DNA of 64,000 bases, from contig JAZQAO010000054.1 in assembly GCA_045545295.1 (NCBI GenBank), forward strand, positions 20,826 through 84,825. The letters are read 5' to 3'. The notes below the pieces were generated by a model. It was not told the DNA's origin, did no database searches, and was given only the letters and a program-made list of their open reading frames with translations. Source of the DNA: Clostridia bacterium. Its GTDB lineage: Bacteria > Bacillota > Clostridia > UMGS1883. This document shows positions 48,576 to 57,742 of the stretch, in pieces; the first letter of the stretch is position 1; the number at the start of each line of letters is the position of its first letter. Position numbers and translations under genes: made by a program.

Positions 48576-48719
48576 AAAATTCCCTCCATAATTGAATATA
48601 TCAGTTTCTATTCTTTTTTTCAAGCAAAAATTTAACATTTTTAGCGGATTTAAGCAAATTATTGATAGAAATTAAAAATTTTTTGATATATACTGTAATT
48701 TGAATGGAGGTATGTAATT

Positions 48720-49985
48720 ATGAAAGAAAAAATAATACAGTTTGGTGAAGGCGGATTTTTAAGAGGCTTTGTTGACTGGATGATTCAGATAATTAACGAA
48801 AAAACTGATTTTGGTGCAAAAGCAGTAGTTGTTCAACCGATTGATAAAGGAATGTGCGATATGCTTTCCTCTCAGGGCTGCAAGTACACTCATATATGTC
48901 GCGGAAGTGAAGGTGTCGATATAAGAAAGATCGACGTTATTTCGCGTTGCGTAAAACCCTATGAAGATTTTGAAGCATATCTGAAGCTTGCGGAAAATTC
49001 TGATTTCCGTTTCATTGTTTCAAACACTACTGAAGCCGGCATTGTTTTTAACGAAAGCGACAAATTTACAGACACACCGGCATTATCTTTCCCTGGAAAG
49101 CTTACGCAGCTTCTTAAAAAGAGATTTGACCTCAAGCTTCCGGGATTTGTATTTCTTCCCTGTGAGCTTATTGACAAAAACGGTGAAAACCTAAAAAAGA
49201 CAATTCTTCAGTACATCAAGCTCTGGAATCTTGGAGACGATTTTAAAAGCTGGATAGAAAACGAAAATATTTTCTGCAACACTCTTGTTGACAGAATCAA
49301 CACGGGATTTCCTAAGGACGAATATGACGAGCTTGGTATTGACGACCAGATGCTCAACACTTCAGAGTATTTCCACCTTTGGGTAATTGAGGGATACAAC
49401 GGACTTTTCAGCGAAATTCCTTTTGATAAATGCAACCTTAACGTAATTGTAACCGATAATCTTGAAATGTACAGAACAAGAAAAGTCCGCATCCTTAACG
49501 GGGCTCACACATCACTTGTTCCTTACGCTCTTCTCGAAGGCTTTGATACTGTTAAATCATGCGTTGATGACGAAGGGATGCTCGGTCACATCAAAAAGTG
49601 TGTATATGATGAAATAATCCCCACACTTGACCTTCCTAAAGAGGAGCTTATTCAGTATGCGGATGATGTTATAACACGTTTTTCAAATCCATATATAAAG
49701 CATTATCTTTCATCAATCGCACTTAACTCTGTAAGTAAATTCAAAGTCAGAGTTCTCCCCTCAATTCTTGAATATATAAACCGTTTTGGAAAAATGCCCG
49801 AAACTCTCATTTTCTCATTTGCAAAATTAATTGATTTTTACAGAACAGATATGACAAACGATGATAAAGCTGTTTGCGAATTTATGAAAAAAGCATCAGT
49901 AAAAGAAATTCTCTCAAACAAGGAACTTTGGGATTATGACCTCTCCTATCTTTGCGAGGAGGTAGAAAAATATGTTAATAAATAA
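48720..49985 (+). CDS. uxaB: Tagaturonate reductase / altronate oxidoreductase
   Basis: IIQFGEGGFLRGFVDW, FIVSNTTEAG, CNTLVDRI, RKVRILNGAHTSLVP, RFSNPYIKHYLSSIALNS co-linear with E. coli UxaB (mannitol dehydrogenase family). Confidence 0.8.
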   Translation: MKEKIIQFGEGGFLRGFVDWMIQIINEKTDFGAKAVVVQPIDKGMCDMLSSQGCKYTHICRGSEGVDIRKIDVISRCVKPYEDFEAYLKLAENSDFRFIVSNTTEAGIVFNESDKFTDTPALSFPGKLTQLLKKRFDLKLPGFVFLPCELIDKNGENLKKTILQYIKLWNLGDDFKSWIENENIFCNTLVDRINTGFPKDEYDELGIDDQMLNTSEYFHLWVIEGYNGLFSEIPFDKCNLNVIVTDNLEMYRTRKVRILNGAHTSLVPYALLEGFDTVKSCVDDEGMLGHIKKCVYDEIIPTLDLPKEELIQYADDVITRFSNPYIKHYLSSIALNSVSKFKVRVLPSILEYINRFGKMPETLIFSFAKLIDFYRTDMTNDDKAVCEFMKKASVKEILSNKELWDYDLSYLCEEVEKYVNK

Positions 49986-51342
49986 GATTGACAACGTAGA
50001 AGTTAATCTTGAAAACGGTCACAAATATGCCCGCACAGATATTAAAATCGGAGAAAACATCATAAAGTACGGTCAGCCTATCGGTCACGCTACTGAGGAT
50101 ATAAAAAAAGGCGAGCATGTGCACACACATAATATGAAAACAAACCTCTCCGGGGAGCTTGAGTATACTTACGAGCCGGGAGAGGTTATGCGGGATAAAA
50201 TCGAAACTGACAGAACCTTTATGGGGTACAGACGAAAAAACGGCTCTGTCGGAATCAGAAACGATGTGTGGATTATTCCTACTGTTGGCTGTGTAAACAG
50301 CCAGGCTAAGGTAATTGCCGAAAAGACAGGAGCTAAGGCATTTACACATCCTTTCGGTTGCTCACAGCTGGGTGATGACCAGACAGTTACTCAGCTTATT
50401 CTCCGTGGACTTGTAAACCACCCCAATGCCGGAGGAATACTTGTTCTTGGACTTGGTTGCGAAAACAATCATATTGATTTGTTCAAGTCTGTTCTCGGCA
50501 CTTGGGATGACGAGCACGTTAAATTTCTCAACGCTCAGGACACAACAGACGAGATTGAAGAAGGTATAAAAATTGTAAAGGCACTTCAGAAAAGAGCCGC
50601 AGGTTTCACACGTGAACCTATACATATAAGCGAGCTTAAGATAGGTCTTAAATGCGGTGGAAGCGATGGTTACAGCGGTATAACTGCAAACCCTCTTGTC
50701 GGAAGACTTTCTGACTACCTTATTTCTATGGGTGGCAGTTGTGTACTGACGGAAGTACCTGAAATGTTTGGTGCGGAGCATCTTTTGATGAAACGTTGCA
50801 GGAACAGAGAGATTTTTGATAAAACAGTTGAACTCATCAATAATTTCAAAAAATACTTTATCCGCCACAATCAGGTTGTATATGAAAATCCCTCTCCGGG
50901 TAATAAAGCCGGTGGAATTACAACTCTTGAGGAAAAATCCCTCGGATGTGTGCAAAAAGGTGGTCTTGGCGAGGTTGTAGATGTACTTGACTACGGTGAT
51001 GTACTTAAAGAAAGCGGTCTCTCGCTCCTTAACGGTCCCGGTAATGACATCGTTGCAGTAACAAATCTTACTGCATGCGGAGTTCACATGATTCTCTTCA
51101 CAACAGGCAGAGGAACTCCACTTGGTGCACCTGTTCCTACAATTAAGATTGCTACAAACAAGGCTTTGGCAAAAAGAAAGCCCGGCTGGATTGATTTTGA
51201 TGCAAGCGGTCTCCTTGACGGTGAGGAGCTTACAGAAGCATTGCTTGACTACTGCATAGATATTGCCGAAGGAAAGCAAGCTAAAAACGAAATTAACAAG
51301 TGTGAGGAAATCTCTATTTTCAAAGATGGAGTTATGTTATAA
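49972..51342 (+). CDS. uxaA: Altronate dehydratase
   Basis: SAF N-domain (MLINKIDNVEVNL) plus GD_AH C-domain; overlaps uxaB by 14 nt. Confidence 0.8.
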   Translation: MLINKIDNVEVNLENGHKYARTDIKIGENIIKYGQPIGHATEDIKKGEHVHTHNMKTNLSGELEYTYEPGEVMRDKIETDRTFMGYRRKNGSVGIRNDVWIIPTVGCVNSQAKVIAEKTGAKAFTHPFGCSQLGDDQTVTQLILRGLVNHPNAGGILVLGLGCENNHIDLFKSVLGTWDDEHVKFLNAQDTTDEIEEGIKIVKALQKRAAGFTREPIHISELKIGLKCGGSDGYSGITANPLVGRLSDYLISMGGSCVLTEVPEMFGAEHLLMKRCRNREIFDKTVELINNFKKYFIRHNQVVYENPSPGNKAGGITTLEEKSLGCVQKGGLGEVVDVLDYGDVLKESGLSLLNGPGNDIVAVTNLTACGVHMILFTTGRGTPLGAPVPTIKIATNKALAKRKPGWIDFDASGLLDGEELTEALLDYCIDIAEGKQAKNEINKCEEISIFKDGVML

Positions 51343-51387
51343 TCAAATGTTTCCTACGTCTTAATTTTACTCAATTTTCCGTAATAC

Positions 51388-51575
51388 AAAAAAGAAGCGT
51401 GCCGCTTCACCCATGTCGCACCCTCGCAGGAGTGCAAACAAAGTTTCCTGCGTCATAATTTGACGCAAATTCCTATACGGTAAAAAAGAAGCGTGCCGCT
51501 TCACCCATGTCGCACCATCACAGAAGTACATACACGGTTTCCTGCGACATAATTTTGCGCAAATTCCTATACGGC
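51388..51575 (+). repeat. Two tandem copies of the modular interspersed repeat (core subtypes C and E)
   Basis: Direct comparison; subtype E carries compensatory stem atgtcgca/tgcgacat. Confidence 0.85.
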
Positions 51576-51617
51576 AAAAAAGAAAGTCGCATCACAAATG
51601 ATGCGACTTTCTTTTTT
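51576..51617. terminator. Bidirectional intrinsic terminator between uxaA (+) and the aldolase operon (-)
   Basis: aaaaaagaaagtcgcatcacaaatgatgcgactttcttttttg; 14-bp stem, A6/T6 flanks. Confidence 0.8.
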
Positions 51618-51626
51618 GTGTTTAAA

Positions 51627-52574
51627 TTATTTCTTAAGGTATTTTGCAATCTCTTCTGTAACAAGCTTTGTAACAAGATCAATGTTATCCTGTGACATTG
51701 AGAAGTTCTTGTTAATATCAGCTTTGCCTGTGCTGCTGAAGAGCTCAAGCTTCTTTGTTGTTTCAAGCTTAACAGCTTCAACTGCTGCAGGAATAAGGTC
51801 GATAATACCTTTGTCCATACTGTGGAACTTTCTGAATTCCGCCTCAACTGCAGCAACGTTAATATCTGTGAAAATGTTAACCTTGCTGATACCCTCAGCA
51901 ATTGCCTGCTTGAAATCGTTATCTGTAAGACCTGATCCACCATGAAGAACAAGGGGAACATCTACAGTATTTGCGATTGTGCGGATTCTTTCAAAGTCAA
52001 GTTTTGGGGGCAATTTGTAAGCACCATGTGCGTTACCAACTGCGATTGCAAGTGCATCAACACCTGTCTTGTCTACGAAATCCTTTGCAAGCTTAGGATC
52101 TGTAAAGAAAGCAGAAGGATCTGCAAGGTGATCGCTACCCTCAGCTGAACCCTCATTATCACCAACGTGACCAAGCTCACCCTCGATTGTTGCACCGTAA
52201 GAATGTGCAATATCTGCCATTTCCTTAACTTTTCTCACGTTTTCTTCGTAGCTGTCTGTTGAACAGTCATACATAACTGATGAGAAACCAAGCTTAAGAG
52301 CTTTGATACAAGTATCATAAGTAAGACCATGGTCAAGATGTACAACTACGGGAACAGATGCCTTCTTAGCCATAGGAATGAGGTAGTAAGAAACTTCCTC
52401 AAGAGGACCGTAAGGCAAAAGTACCTCTGCAGTACCCATAATAACCGGTGAACGTGTGCTTTCTGCAGCTGCAATGATACCGCGTGCAAGTTCAAGGTTT
52501 ACTGCATTAAACAGACCAACAGCATATTTATTAGCTTTTGCCGGTCTGAGAACTTCGTTCATATTAACTAACAT
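51627..52574 (-). CDS. Class II fructose/ketose-bisphosphate aldolase family protein
   Basis: KYAVGLFNAVNLE, PVVVHLDHG, LVLHGGSG motifs aligned with class II FBA. Confidence 0.8.
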   Translation of the reverse strand: MLVNMNEVLRPAKANKYAVGLFNAVNLELARGIIAAAESTRSPVIMGTAEVLLPYGPLEEVSYYLIPMAKKASVPVVVHLDHGLTYDTCIKALKLGFSSVMYDCSTDSYEENVRKVKEMADIAHSYGATIEGELGHVGDNEGSAEGSDHLADPSAFFTDPKLAKDFVDKTGVDALAIAVGNAHGAYKLPPKLDFERIRTIANTVDVPLVLHGGSGLTDNDFKQAIAEGISKVNIFTDINVAAVEAEFRKFHSMDKGIIDLIPAAVEAVKLETTKKLELFSSTGKADINKNFSMSQDNIDLVTKLVTEEIAKYLKK

Positions 52575-52609
52575 TTGTTTTCCTCCTTTAAGTAATAGAG
52601 TTTTATATT

Positions 52610-53743
52610 TTAGTCAATAACTTCAACAGTCTTGTTGTAGAATGACTTAAGTGCTGCTGTAGCAAGAGTATGTGAAAGAACAGTTTCTTCAGGTCTGAAG
52701 AGACCAAAGGGAACTTCCACACCTGAATATTCAAGCATAAATGCCGCAATCTGCTGCTGAATAGCATCAGTAAAACCAAACTCGAATATAGGACCTGTAA
52801 TTGTAGGAATCATAGGCTTGTAACCGATAATGATACGATTCCAGGACTGTTCCTTACCCCATGAGGATGTGTAGTAGAATGCGTTTGCATCGTCTGAAGA
52901 GAAACGGGCACTGCAATCCATACCGTAAATTTCAAAGAACCAACGGTTTGTTGAACCGGGACACATTCTCTTTGTTTCGAATGTAATCGGGATTTCGTCA
53001 CCATCAGAATTAAGAGTTGTACAGAAAATTGTGCAGTTATCAAATGTATCACAAACTGCTGTACCGCCCTTACCGTCGGGACGCTCCTTAATGATATTAC
53101 TGAAATGAGCTCTTACAGTCTTGGGTTTGAAGCCAAGGCGGAAAGGAACGTGCTGTGTGTGAATACCAAGGTCACCAAGGCAACCGTACTCACCGTTGAA
53201 CTTCACCATTCTCTTCCAGTTGATAGGCTTATTTGTATCCATATCACTGCAGTGATTAAAACCGCAATGAACTTCAAGGATTTTACCGAACTTACCTTCG
53301 TTAAACCAATTTATCATTGTCTGCATAGCGGGATAATAAGGGAACTCGCTGCAGCAACGAACAAAAGTATTGGGATTTTCCTCAATAGCCTTCATAATAT
53401 TTTCGTTAGCCTTTTTATCAATACCGAAAGGCTTTTCACCAAGAAGTGCTTTACCACTCTTGATAATATCAATATAGAACTGTTCGTGCAGATTATGAGG
53501 AACTGCACAGTAAATAGCATCAATATCTTCCTTATCAAGAAGTTCCTTATAGTCTGAAACTGCATACTTGATATCGGGGAAGTTCTTCTGGAACCATTCC
53601 ATTTCCTTGGGAACAACTGAGCAGATACCAACTATTTCAGGTCTGGGAACATCTTCTGTAAGATGACACCATCTTGCTGCAGCTGAAGCAAATTCTCTTG
53701 CCATAAGACCGCAACCTATAAGACCGAATCTTACTGTTTTCAT
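52610..53743 (-). CDS. Gfo/Idh/MocA-family NAD(P)-dependent oxidoreductase
   Basis: MKTVRFGLIGCGLMAREF N-terminal Rossmann. Confidence 0.85.
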   Translation of the reverse strand: MKTVRFGLIGCGLMAREFASAAARWCHLTEDVPRPEIVGICSVVPKEMEWFQKNFPDIKYAVSDYKELLDKEDIDAIYCAVPHNLHEQFYIDIIKSGKALLGEKPFGIDKKANENIMKAIEENPNTFVRCCSEFPYYPAMQTMINWFNEGKFGKILEVHCGFNHCSDMDTNKPINWKRMVKFNGEYGCLGDLGIHTQHVPFRLGFKPKTVRAHFSNIIKERPDGKGGTAVCDTFDNCTIFCTTLNSDGDEIPITFETKRMCPGSTNRWFFEIYGMDCSARFSSDDANAFYYTSSWGKEQSWNRIIIGYKPMIPTITGPIFEFGFTDAIQQQIAAFMLEYSGVEVPFGLFRPEETVLSHTLATAALKSFYNKTVEVID

Positions 53744-53829
53744 AGTGTTTTTCCTTTCATTTTTACATACTTAATAAAGTGCACAAGGGCTGTCGCATAA
53801 CTGCGACGGCCCTTTGTGATTTTTAGTTA

Positions 53830-55200
53830 TTAATAACCGAAATGCTTTTCAGTTTCAGCTACTGCTTCTTCAATGATTGCAAGACCCTTAAGCGCAGCTT
53901 CGTCGTCGAGAATCATCGGAGGTGACATACGAAGGATGTGACCTGACGGTACCCAAGCAAGACCCTTTTCGAAAGCCTTCTGGTAAATCATTGTACCAGC
54001 TTCTGCGAAAGGTTCCTTAGTATCGCGATCCTTAACGATTTCCATAGCCTGAAGACATCCGATAGCACGAACATCACCGATAATGGGATGAGCAGCCTTC
54101 ATCTCTTCCATCTTCTTAAGCATGATTTCACCAAGGTGAGCAGAACGCTCGTTAAGCTGTTCTTCTTCGATAACCTTGATTGATTCAAGAGCTGCAGCAC
54201 AAGCCATGGGGTTACCACCGTAGCTTGAAGATGCAGAAATCTTTTCAATTGCGGGAGCAAGGTCTTCTGATACTGCAAGTGCTGTAACAGGGAAACCGTT
54301 ACCGAAGCCCTTACCAAGTGTTGTGATATCTGCAGTTACATTCCAGTGATCCATAGCAAGGTACTTACCTGTTCTAGCCATACAGTTAAGAACTTCGTCT
54401 GCGAAGAGAAGGATGCCGCGCTTGTCGCAAAGAGCACGAAGTGCGGGAAGGAAATCTGCAGGAGGAATGATTGTACCGCCCCAACCCTGAATAGGCTCGA
54501 GAACGATTGCAGCAACATTCTTACCGCCTGAAGCACACTGATTATCAAGTGTACCTTCAATCATTCTGATGTAGGGTGATGAATCCTTCCAAGCTTCTTC
54601 AGGAGTTCTGCCAAAGAAGTCACGGTAAGGATTAGGTCTGGGAACGAGCATAAATCCGGGAGCTCTCATATGTGTGTCGGGGCCAACAACAGCAAGTGAG
54701 TTAGCACCATAAGTCTTACCGTGGAAGTCTCTCCAGAAAGAGATGAATTCCTGCTTGCCCGTAGCAGCTCTTGCACAACGAAGACCTGCTTCAACAGCAG
54801 TCGTACCTGAATCGTAGAACTGGAAACCACCGAAACGGCCGCCTGTGATTTCGTGAAGCTTTTCAACAAGCTCCATCTTTACTTTTGTAGTAAAGTCGTG
54901 GCAGTTCATAAGGTTCTTAGCGTGGAAAGCAACAGCTTCACTGATCTTGGGATGACAGTGACCGAGACCTGTTACATAAATACCTGATGAGAAGTCGAGG
55001 TATGTATTTCCGTCAACGTCTTTAAGTGTGTAACCGTAACCTGATTCAAATGTTACGGGGAAAAGTTTAACCTGGCTTGAGTAACCCTTCATGTACTTAG
55101 CACATCTCTCGTGGTACTCGATTGATTTGGGACCGGGAACTGTTTCCGATACCATGTTGGGAACTGTTGTAAGATCAACGCTTGCCCAATTCTTACTCAT
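53830..55200 (-). CDS. Class-III (omega) PLP-dependent aminotransferase
   Basis: GIYVTGLGHCHPKI and ADEVLNCMARTGKYLAMDH...TLGKGFGNGFP motifs. Confidence 0.85.
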   Translation of the reverse strand: MSKNWASVDLTTVPNMVSETVPGPKSIEYHERCAKYMKGYSSQVKLFPVTFESGYGYTLKDVDGNTYLDFSSGIYVTGLGHCHPKISEAVAFHAKNLMNCHDFTTKVKMELVEKLHEITGGRFGGFQFYDSGTTAVEAGLRCARAATGKQEFISFWRDFHGKTYGANSLAVVGPDTHMRAPGFMLVPRPNPYRDFFGRTPEEAWKDSSPYIRMIEGTLDNQCASGGKNVAAIVLEPIQGWGGTIIPPADFLPALRALCDKRGILLFADEVLNCMARTGKYLAMDHWNVTADITTLGKGFGNGFPVTALAVSEDLAPAIEKISASSSYGGNPMACAAALESIKVIEEEQLNERSAHLGEIMLKKMEEMKAAHPIIGDVRAIGCLQAMEIVKDRDTKEPFAEAGTMIYQKAFEKGLAWVPSGHILRMSPPMILDDEAALKGLAIIEEAVAETEKHFGY

Positions 55201-55510
55201 AGCAAAAACCTCTTTCTTTTTATAATTTAGCCCCCTTGCAGATTGCGCGGGGAAATTGTTTACAATATAATTATATACGAAATGAAGATGATGTCAATAA
55301 AATTTTTCACTTTTTTTGATGATTTTCTTCATTTTTTTACCGATATATCCCCATTTTCCCTATTTTTAGCCGTTTTCGTTTTTTATTTTCATTCTTTCGT
55401 TTATCTTTCGTTTAGTTTATTATCGTCTTTTGATTTTCTTTATTTAGGCTTTCGCATCTTTTTTATTTACCTTTCGGAAAATCATAGTGCATTACATTTT
55501 CAATTATCTA

Positions 55511-55539
55511 TTGACAGACGTGTCGCATTATGTTAAAAT
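55511..55539 (+). promoter_or_regulatory. Sigma-A-type promoter TTGACA-17-TAAAAT driving the lysine riboswitch leader
   Basis: Read directly at 55511-55516 and 55534-55539. Confidence 0.55.
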
Positions 55540-55552
55540 ATGTAAAAACAGA

Positions 55553-55775
55553 TTTGGTAGAGGTGCGGAATCTATCAGTACGATATGCAACTCGGGACAT
55601 TCCTGCATATCTGAAAGGAGCTTCCGCCGAAGTTTTGGGAGGCAATGTCCGTTTCCCGGGCTGGGCTGCAGTACAACATATTGCAGACTGTCACGTAAGT
55701 GGAGCGCTATCGTATATTTATGGCACTTTTTGTGTCTTTTTGCGGTACAGGCTCTGCCTGTACCATTTTTGTTTA
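55553..55775 (+). promoter_or_regulatory. Lysine riboswitch (L-box) with terminator-type expression platform
   Basis: GGTAGAGGTGCGG, CTGAAAGGAGCTTCCGCCGAAG, ACTGTCA, GGAGCGCTATCG segments match conserved L-box elements (as in B. subtilis lysC leader); terminator ggtacagg-ctctg-cctgtacc + atttttgttt at 55745-55775. Confidence 0.65.
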
Positions 55776-55795
55776 ATTAAATAGGAGGGTTTAAA

Positions 55796-57418
55796 ATGAA
55801 ATTTTTAAACAAAAAGAACATTCTCTCCTTCTTCACATTTATCCTTATTCTTGCAACAGCAATCATTGCTTTTGCAGAAGGTGAAGAAGCAGAACACGTA
55901 AGCAAATTTGCTTCAACATTCTGGGCACTTGTTCCCCCGGTTGTAGCAATCGTGCTTGCGCTCATCACTAAAGAAGTGTACTCTTCCCTTTTTGTAGGTA
56001 TTCTTTCAGGCGCACTTCTTTTCGCAAACTTTGATCTGGAGATTGCAATGAACCACATGCTCGTGGATGGATTCATTGCATCACTTTCCGACAGCTGGAA
56101 CGTAGGTATCCTTGTATTTCTCGTTATCCTCGGTGCTATCGTTGCTCTTATGAATAAGGCAGGCGGCAGCGCAGCGTTCGGAAGATGGGCTTCCACAAGA
56201 ATCAAGACAAAGTTTGGTGCACAGTGCGCAACAATCGCACTTGGCGTACTTATCTTCATCGACGACTACTTCAACTGTCTCACAGTTGGTTCGGTAATGC
56301 GTCCTGTTACAGACAAGTTCAAGATTTCAAGAGCAAAGCTTGCTTACCTTATTGATGCTACAGCAGCTCCTGTTTGTATCATCGCTCCCATTTCTTCATG
56401 GGCTGCAGCAGTTGCAGGTTTTGCAGAGGGTTCAGGAATGAACGGTCTTGAGCTTTTCATCAGAGCTATCCCCTATAACTTCTACGCTCTTCTCACAATT
56501 GTAATGATGTTTACTCTTGCGATTATGAAGTTTGAGTTTGGCCCCATGAAAAAGCATGAAGCTAACGCTGAAAACGGTGACCTCTTCTCTTCAGATGATG
56601 CAGAAGTTTTCAAGGCTCTTGAAAATAATAACCCCGATTCCAAGGGCAAGGTTATTGATCTTGTTCTCCCTGTTATTGTACTTATCATCACTTGCGTAAT
56701 CGGTATGATTTACACAGGCGGTTTCTTCAGCGGTGAAAGCTTTGTTGACGCTTTTGCAAACAGCGACGCTTCCGTTGGTCTTGTAATCGGTTCTTCAATC
56801 GCACTTGTATTCACAATTATTTATATGTTCGCTCGCAGAGTGCTTACGTTTAAAGAATGTATGGGCTGCGTTCCAGAAGGTTTCAAAGCTATGGTACCTG
56901 CAATAATGATTCTTACATTTGCATGGACTCTTAAGGCTATGACAGACTCTCTCGGTGCTGCAGATTACATTGCAGGTCTTGTTCAGGGTTCTGCTGAAGG
57001 TTTTGTTAACTTCCTTCCCGCAATTGTATTCCTTGTTGCTTGCGTACTTGCATTTGCATCAGGTACTTCATGGGGTACATTCGGTATCCTTATTCCCATT
57101 GTTGTAGCAGCATTTGGTGGCTTCAGCAGCGAAATCACAATCATTGCAGTTTCTGCTTGTATGGCAGGTGCAGTTTGCGGCGACCACTGCTCACCCATTT
57201 CAGACACAACAATTATGGCATCTGCGGGAAGCCAGTCAAACCATATTAACCACGTTAACACACAGCTTCCCTATGCTATATTGGTTGCTGCAATTTCTTT
57301 TGTATGTTATCTTATCGCAGCGTTTATACAGAATCCGTTCATTCTTCTTCCCATCGGCATTGTTATTACAATAGTAACACTTTTTGTAATAAAGAAGATA
57401 ACAACAAAGAACGCGTAA
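55796..57418 (+). CDS. NhaC-family transporter, probably a lysine transporter given the L-box leader
   Basis: 540 aa, ~12 TM; NhaC-family architecture; AGGAGGG RBS. Confidence 0.8.
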   Translation: MKFLNKKNILSFFTFILILATAIIAFAEGEEAEHVSKFASTFWALVPPVVAIVLALITKEVYSSLFVGILSGALLFANFDLEIAMNHMLVDGFIASLSDSWNVGILVFLVILGAIVALMNKAGGSAAFGRWASTRIKTKFGAQCATIALGVLIFIDDYFNCLTVGSVMRPVTDKFKISRAKLAYLIDATAAPVCIIAPISSWAAAVAGFAEGSGMNGLELFIRAIPYNFYALLTIVMMFTLAIMKFEFGPMKKHEANAENGDLFSSDDAEVFKALENNNPDSKGKVIDLVLPVIVLIITCVIGMIYTGGFFSGESFVDAFANSDASVGLVIGSSIALVFTIIYMFARRVLTFKECMGCVPEGFKAMVPAIMILTFAWTLKAMTDSLGAADYIAGLVQGSAEGFVNFLPAIVFLVACVLAFASGTSWGTFGILIPIVVAAFGGFSSEITIIAVSACMAGAVCGDHCSPISDTTIMASAGSQSNHINHVNTQLPYAILVAAISFVCYLIAAFIQNPFILLPIGIVITIVTLFVIKKITTKNA

Positions 57419-57425
57419 ATTCAAA

Positions 57426-57459
57426 CAAAAAACTCCCGTAGAAAGCGGGAGTTTTTTTT
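57426..57459 (+). terminator. Intrinsic terminator after the NhaC-family gene
   Basis: aaaaaactcccgtagaaagcgggagtttttttt. Confidence 0.8.
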
Positions 57460-57649
57460 ACCGTATAGGAATTTGCGCAAAATTATGTCGCAGGAAACCG
57501 TGTATGCACTTCTGTGATGGTGCGACATGGGTGAAGCGGCACGCTTCCTTTTTAATTTATAGAAAATTGCGTTTTTTATCGCGAGCAATATTTGTGGGTT
57601 TTAAGTTAAGTTTGGACGCGACGTGGGTGAAGCGGCACGCTTCTTTTTT
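57460..57649 (-). repeat. Two tandem copies of the modular interspersed repeat, reverse orientation (core subtypes E and A)
   Basis: accgtataggaatttgcgcaaaattatgtcgcaggaaaccgtgtatgcacttctgtgatggtgcgacatgggtgaagcggcacgcttcc... and second copy. Confidence 0.85.
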
Positions 57650-57742
57650 ATTCAAAATTCCCTTCTTAATATATTGACCTTTTATTCTTGTTGATGTATA
57701 ATTATACATATATGTGTATTTTTCAGCAAGGAGGTTGTCTGC

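Noticed and set aside
51627-52574. Calling the class-II aldolase simply fba (glycolytic)
   Set aside because: Operon context with aminotransferase and MocA dehydrogenase plus a C-terminal extension makes a housekeeping role uncertain; left as family-level call
55243-55784. ORFs 55243..55536, 55487..55780, 55530..55784 in the aminotransferase-NhaC intergenic region
   Set aside because: The region is explained by an AT-rich promoter zone and a lysine riboswitch leader; the ORFs have no RBS
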